Origin: Promethearchaeia archaeon
GTDB taxonomy: Archaea; Asgardarchaeota; Lokiarchaeia; Sigyniarchaeales; SOKP01
Direction of reading: 5' to 3'
NCBI GenBank assembly: GCA_029856145.1
Contig: JAHQWK010000020.1
Span: 64,001-128,000, forward strand
DNA: 64,000 bases
Shown here: piece by piece, positions 59,560-64,000 of the stretch
How the letters are laid out: each line of letters starts with the position of its first letter
How positions within the stretch are numbered: the first letter of the stretch is position 1
Notes under the pieces: model-generated
The model's database searches: none
Seen by the model: the letters and a program-made list of their open reading frames with translations, nothing else
What the model was told of the DNA's origin: nothing
Position numbers and translations under genes: made by a program

Positions 59560-61392
59560 CTATTTTGGGATATAATAATACTCATTTATCCGTTTTTGAT
59601 AAATATCTTTATTACTTCCAATTTTATTTACACGAGGTCTTTTCGTAATACCATCTCTTCTAAACGTTATCCCCATAATCTTTAGAAACGTATTAAACCC
59701 ATCTCTTAAGTTCTGAGGTGGTAAAGCATTACCTTCTAGTCCAGGACTCCCTTCAAAAACTAATATTGAATCTGCTATAAAATCTTGTGTTATAATATCA
59801 TGCTCAACAACAAACCCAGATTTTTTTAATTCCTCAATAGATTTTCTTAGTAGTTGAGCAACTTGTAATCTCATTTCAACATCTAAAAACGCTGATGGTT
59901 CATCAAATAAATAAATATCAGCTTCAGTAGAAAGGCATTTCGCAATTGTGATTCGCTGTAACTCACCCCCACTTAATTCAGAAAGATTTCTCTCCTTTAT
60001 ATTTTCTAAATTTAAATTATTAATCAATCTCTTTTTATAGGATTGACTCAGATGAGGAGCTAATTTAATTTTTGTAATAATGTCAGAAACTTGTCCTTCC
60101 TCTTCAATTTTAATATACTGAGGCTTTATGGCGACTTTTAATTTTTGTGAGTTCTCTTCATTAAATATCTCATGTTCATCAGTAAGGTTGTAATTATCAG
60201 TATTTACTATATTCGCGATAGAGTTTATAAACGTAGTTTTCCCAATTCCATTCGGCCCTAAAATTCCAATTATTTCACCAGCATGAATTTCACTCCCAGA
60301 AGCGTTCAAATGAAATCTCCCTAATGAAATCTCAATGTCATCATAGGAGAAAACAATATCTCCAGAATCAAATAATGATTCTTGAGGTGGACGTTCATGA
60401 AATATAATTGGATCTTCCCTAAATCTTATATTTTCATCTTTAATATATCCATTTAAATAAATATTAATACCAACTCTAACACCTTGAGGATGAGATACTA
60501 TTCCATACACACCAGGTTGTCCATATAAAATCGAAACATAATCACTCAAATAATCTAAAATAGCTAAATCATGTTCAACAACAATTATCGTTTTATTCTT
60601 TTCTGATAATGTACGGATTAATTTTGCCATATTAATTCGTTCACTTACATCCAAGTATGAACTTGGCTCATCAAATAAGTAAACTTCCCCGTCTTTAAGA
60701 TAAGCAGCAGCAATGGCTACTCTTTGTAATTCTCCCCCTGACAATACTGAAATATCTCTATCTAAAATTTTACTAAGATTAAGATTTTCAGAAATCTGAT
60801 CTAGCTGTTTCCCCCTATCATTTTTATTCAAAAGATCTACTACTTTTCCGGAAACAAATTTAGGAATCACAGTAATGTTTTGAGGCTTATATATAATCTT
60901 GACTTTGTTATCTTTAAGTTCAATGAAATACTGATGAAGTTCAGAACCTTTGAAATGTTCAATTATTTCTTTCCAATCAGGGTGTTCCTCACCAAATCTA
61001 CCAAAATTAATTTTTAATTCATTCGAAAGTAATTTTAATAAAGTACTTTTTCCAATTCCATTTTGTCCTATGAGTCCAAGAACTTTTCCTTTTTTTGGGA
61101 TTGCCATTCGAAATAGTGAAAATTGATCTTGTCCATACCTATAGGAAATTTGATTTTCTAAAGGATCGGGCAAATTTACTATGCTTATTGCTTTAAAAGG
61201 ACACTTTTTAATACAAATACCCTCTCCAGAGCATAAGCTTTCTGTAATTATAACAAATTTCTCATCAGGGCTTAAAACTATTGTTTTGTCTCCAGTCCTA
61301 ACTCTAGGGCAATATTTTATACATGGTTTTTCCCCAAAAGGGCTACATTTATCTGGTTTGCAAAAATCCTTATTTAAAACTGCAATTCTCAT
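59560..61392 (-). CDS. rli: ribosome recycling ATPase ABCE1/Rli1
   Basis: N-terminal FeS domain, two ABC domains (GQNGIGKS, GPNGIGKT, LSGGELQR x2), ITFRRD. Confidence 0.96.
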   Translation of the reverse strand: MRIAVLNKDFCKPDKCSPFGEKPCIKYCPRVRTGDKTIVLSPDEKFVIITESLCSGEGICIKKCPFKAISIVNLPDPLENQISYRYGQDQFSLFRMAIPKKGKVLGLIGQNGIGKSTLLKLLSNELKINFGRFGEEHPDWKEIIEHFKGSELHQYFIELKDNKVKIIYKPQNITVIPKFVSGKVVDLLNKNDRGKQLDQISENLNLSKILDRDISVLSGGELQRVAIAAAYLKDGEVYLFDEPSSYLDVSERINMAKLIRTLSEKNKTIIVVEHDLAILDYLSDYVSILYGQPGVYGIVSHPQGVRVGINIYLNGYIKDENIRFREDPIIFHERPPQESLFDSGDIVFSYDDIEISLGRFHLNASGSEIHAGEIIGILGPNGIGKTTFINSIANIVNTDNYNLTDEHEIFNEENSQKLKVAIKPQYIKIEEEGQVSDIITKIKLAPHLSQSYKKRLINNLNLENIKERNLSELSGGELQRITIAKCLSTEADIYLFDEPSAFLDVEMRLQVAQLLRKSIEELKKSGFVVEHDIITQDFIADSILVFEGSPGLEGNALPPQNLRDGFNTFLKIMGITFRRDGITKRPRVNKIGSNKDIYQKRINEYYYIPK

Positions 61393-61531
61393 TATTTAAT
61401 TCACAATTATTTAAAAGCAAAAATGAAAAATATAATTTGCTTACGTTAAATATACTATTATACATAATAGAAAAATTTTTGTAATACAAAATATTATCTC
61501 ATTAAAGCAAAAGCTATTTAGTGAAGAAAAT

Positions 61532-63238
61532 TTGAATGAAGATTTTCCAGTTCATTGGCTAGAAGAAATTGTTAAAGAAATCTACTCGCGTAAACCTAAT
61601 GAAATAACACTCTCTACAGGTAAGACCCCCTCAGGTCATATCCATTTAGGAATATTAAGAGAAATAATAATTTGTGATGCTTTAAGAAGAATTTTTGAGA
61701 AAGATGGTAAGACAGTCAATAATTTGTTATTTTTCGACAGTTTAGATGCTGCTAAGCGATTTCCTCCATATATAGGCAATAATTTTCAAACCGAGCACAT
61801 AGGGAAACCTTTTGCTATGATTCCATGTCCTTATGAAGATTGTAAATGTGAAAGTTATGCTTATCATTTTGGTAACGAATTAATAGAAGTGTTTCCTGAT
61901 TTTGGAATTAAATTAAGAATAATTTGGACCCATGAGTTATATAAAACAAAAAAAATGCAGAGAAAAATAAAAATTGCCTTAGAAAATACAGAGAAGATTA
62001 AAAAAATCTTGAAGAAATACATAATCCCTACATTGAAAGAAGAAGATAAAGAAGATTTCATAGAAATGCAGAAAGATTGGATGCCCGTAATGGCTATATG
62101 TGAAGAATGTAACAGAATTCAACATCGAGATAATAAAGGATCCATTAAACCAAATAGAATAAAAGAATACTTTAGAAACGAAGAAACTGTCTCATATGAA
62201 TGTGAGGCGTGTGGGCATGCTGGAAAGATTTCTATTTGGAGTGGGAGATTAAAATTAAATTGGCGTGTGGATTGGCCTGCTAAATGGGCTTTATATACAA
62301 CTACATGCGAACCTGCTGGTAAAGACCACAGTGTAAAAGGGGGGGCTTATGATACAGGAATTGAATTATGCCAAGCATTATATGAATATGAGGGACCTGT
62401 TAAAGTTCCTTATGAATTTATAAGATTAGGTGATCAAGACATGGGAACTTCTAAAGGACATATTTTTACTCCAAAGAATTATTTAAATATCGCAGATCCA
62501 AGAATTTATAGAACAATAATTTTAAGAACAAATCCAATAAAACACATTACATTTAGGATTGAAGAACTTCCGCAATATTATGATTATTATGAAAGAATGG
62601 AAGATATTTATTATAATTTAGAAATTACAGAAGATCCTGATGAAAGTAAGTTTTTTAAATACATATTTCCCTTAACTCAAGTAAGCGATATTCCTAAAAC
62701 AAAGTTAAACAGATTACCCTTAAAACTTTTAACATTTTTAACCCAAATTCAAAATATTTTAAGTTTAGAGAGAATCTATGAAAAAGCTAAATTCTACGCA
62801 GAAAAACACAATTTTAGTAGTATAATTACTATACAAGAATTCGAGGCACTTCTTTCCCAAACAAATAACTGGATTGGAGAAGTAAAAAAAATATTTGAAA
62901 GTGAAAAAGATCCAAAAATTAAAAAAGAGATCATGAGAAAATTAGAGCTTTTTACCATTCCGGAAGAAGTTGATGAAATTATATTAGAGAAAATGGATAA
63001 AAATCAGATCAAAGGTATCCATCTTTTAAGAGAATATTGTAAAAAAATTGAAGCTTTAGATGCTGATTCCATTCAAAACAAGATCTTTTCTATTGCAAAG
63101 AATGATTTAGATCTTTCTCCAAGAAAATTTTTTGAAGCTATCTATCAAATAATCTTAGGTAAAAAAAGTGGTCCACGCTTAGGATCATTTCTCTCCTTGT
63201 TAGATAAAAGTTGGCTATTAGCGAGATTAGATATTTAA
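61532..63238 (+). CDS. lysS: class I lysyl-tRNA synthetase
   Basis: HW, TPSGHIHLG, KLNWRVDWPAKW, EPAGKDH, MGTSKG, GPRLG. Confidence 0.96.
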   Translation: MNEDFPVHWLEEIVKEIYSRKPNEITLSTGKTPSGHIHLGILREIIICDALRRIFEKDGKTVNNLLFFDSLDAAKRFPPYIGNNFQTEHIGKPFAMIPCPYEDCKCESYAYHFGNELIEVFPDFGIKLRIIWTHELYKTKKMQRKIKIALENTEKIKKILKKYIIPTLKEEDKEDFIEMQKDWMPVMAICEECNRIQHRDNKGSIKPNRIKEYFRNEETVSYECEACGHAGKISIWSGRLKLNWRVDWPAKWALYTTTCEPAGKDHSVKGGAYDTGIELCQALYEYEGPVKVPYEFIRLGDQDMGTSKGHIFTPKNYLNIADPRIYRTIILRTNPIKHITFRIEELPQYYDYYERMEDIYYNLEITEDPDESKFFKYIFPLTQVSDIPKTKLNRLPLKLLTFLTQIQNILSLERIYEKAKFYAEKHNFSSIITIQEFEALLSQTNNWIGEVKKIFESEKDPKIKKEIMRKLELFTIPEEVDEIILEKMDKNQIKGIHLLREYCKKIEALDADSIQNKIFSIAKNDLDLSPRKFFEAIYQIILGKKSGPRLGSFLSLLDKSWLLARLDI

Positions 63239-63277
63239 CTTTTTAAATTCTTTATTTTAGATGAACAAAATTATTTA

Positions 63278-63454
63278 TTAGGGTTCTTTCTTTTTCCTTC
63301 TGAATAATCTTCTTTTTTTCTTTTCTTTTAAGTTATTATAACATTCAGTACAATAAGTAAAAGCCTCTGTAATCATTTCTCCACATTTTTTACAGTGTTT
63401 GTGAGGGTCAATATAAGTTTCAGCCTTTTTTTTATATCTTTCGAATTTACTCAA
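63278..63454 (-). CDS. 58-aa Zn-ribbon protein (DUF2116-like)
   Basis: Manual translation from TTG behind GGAG: SKFERYKKKAETYIDPHKHCKKCGEMITEAFTYCTECYNNLKEKKKRR... Confidence 0.75.
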   Translation of the reverse strand: MSKFERYKKKAETYIDPHKHCKKCGEMITEAFTYCTECYNNLKEKKKRRLFRRKKKEP

Positions 63455-64000
63455 GTTAAATCTCCAAATGATTTTAAATATATAATTACTAATGAATTAT
63501 AACTTTTTCACTCCATTCTTATCAATTTTTATATGATAAAATTGAGTATTTTTTAATTTATTTGTTATCTCTACTGGATATGACGAAAACTTTGAAGTAA
63601 GAGCTTCTTTATCTGTAATTAATTTATTTAATCCGTGAAGGTGCTTGAATTAATATATCTGGGATCAAACTCAATAGAAAACTCTTTATGTCTTTAAGCA
63701 AAATAATTACCAAAATTCGAGTTTAATTTTATTAATTATAACATGAATGTGGTTTTAAGTTTTGTTTTAAGAGTTAGTTGAAAAATTCAAATAGATTTAA
63801 ATTCTTACCAATAAACACGAATCTTATAGATTTTTGATGATTGTGGTTGTTGAGAAAAAATTTATGTTTTTATAAATCTTGTTATAAATATTAATGAAAT
63901 GGTCAAAAAGAGTAAGTACAAACTTTTTTCATATCTTATTGAAAATTGTTTAATCTACTACAAGAGTTTAAGAGAAAACAACAAAATAATCTCATTCGCA

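Noticed and set aside
3809-62061. Short antisense or overlapping track ORFs (e.g. 3809-4120, 7196-7498, 10037-10309, 21055-21363, 27564-27851, 29539-29751, 48242-48490, 61864-62061)
   Set aside because: Shadows of well-supported genes, with no motifs
63455-64000. Gene or origin in terminal AT-rich stretch (also 59250-59560)
   Set aside because: No convincing ORF, repeat or ORB motif seen

Overview
AT-rich archaeal chromosome segment, most consistent with an Asgard archaeon (Lokiarchaeia-like). It carries archaeal informational genes (valS, class I lysS, rpl15e, RNase P Rpp30/Pop5, TFB, ABCE1, tgtA, trm5, RqcH/NEMF) and eukaryotic-signature-type genes (Rag/Arf-like GTPase with C-terminal extension, roadblock/LC7, longin/uDENN-like, EMC6-like). 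There are three tRNAs (Ala-CGC with a non-canonical intron, Arg-TCT, Ile-GAT) and one unannotated C/D box sRNA predicted to guide the LSU P-loop Gm2251-equivalent methylation. The most unusual items are: (1) an smc-scpA-scpB operon whose SMC is about 300 aa longer than usual with no recognisable hinge or zinc hook, whose ScpA has an N-terminal SAP/Rho-N-like domain hidden behind an ATA start, and which follows a catalytically degenerate Cdc6/Orc1; (2) an accessory region (42-49.5 kb) where a 1206-aa Lrp/AsnC-repeat-like gene and an orphan diverged copy of its C-terminus are each followed by an identical GC-rich 42-bp element; (3) at least three conserved genes that appear to start at ATA/ATT codons. 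All protein calls come from motif recognition by eye; no database searches were run.
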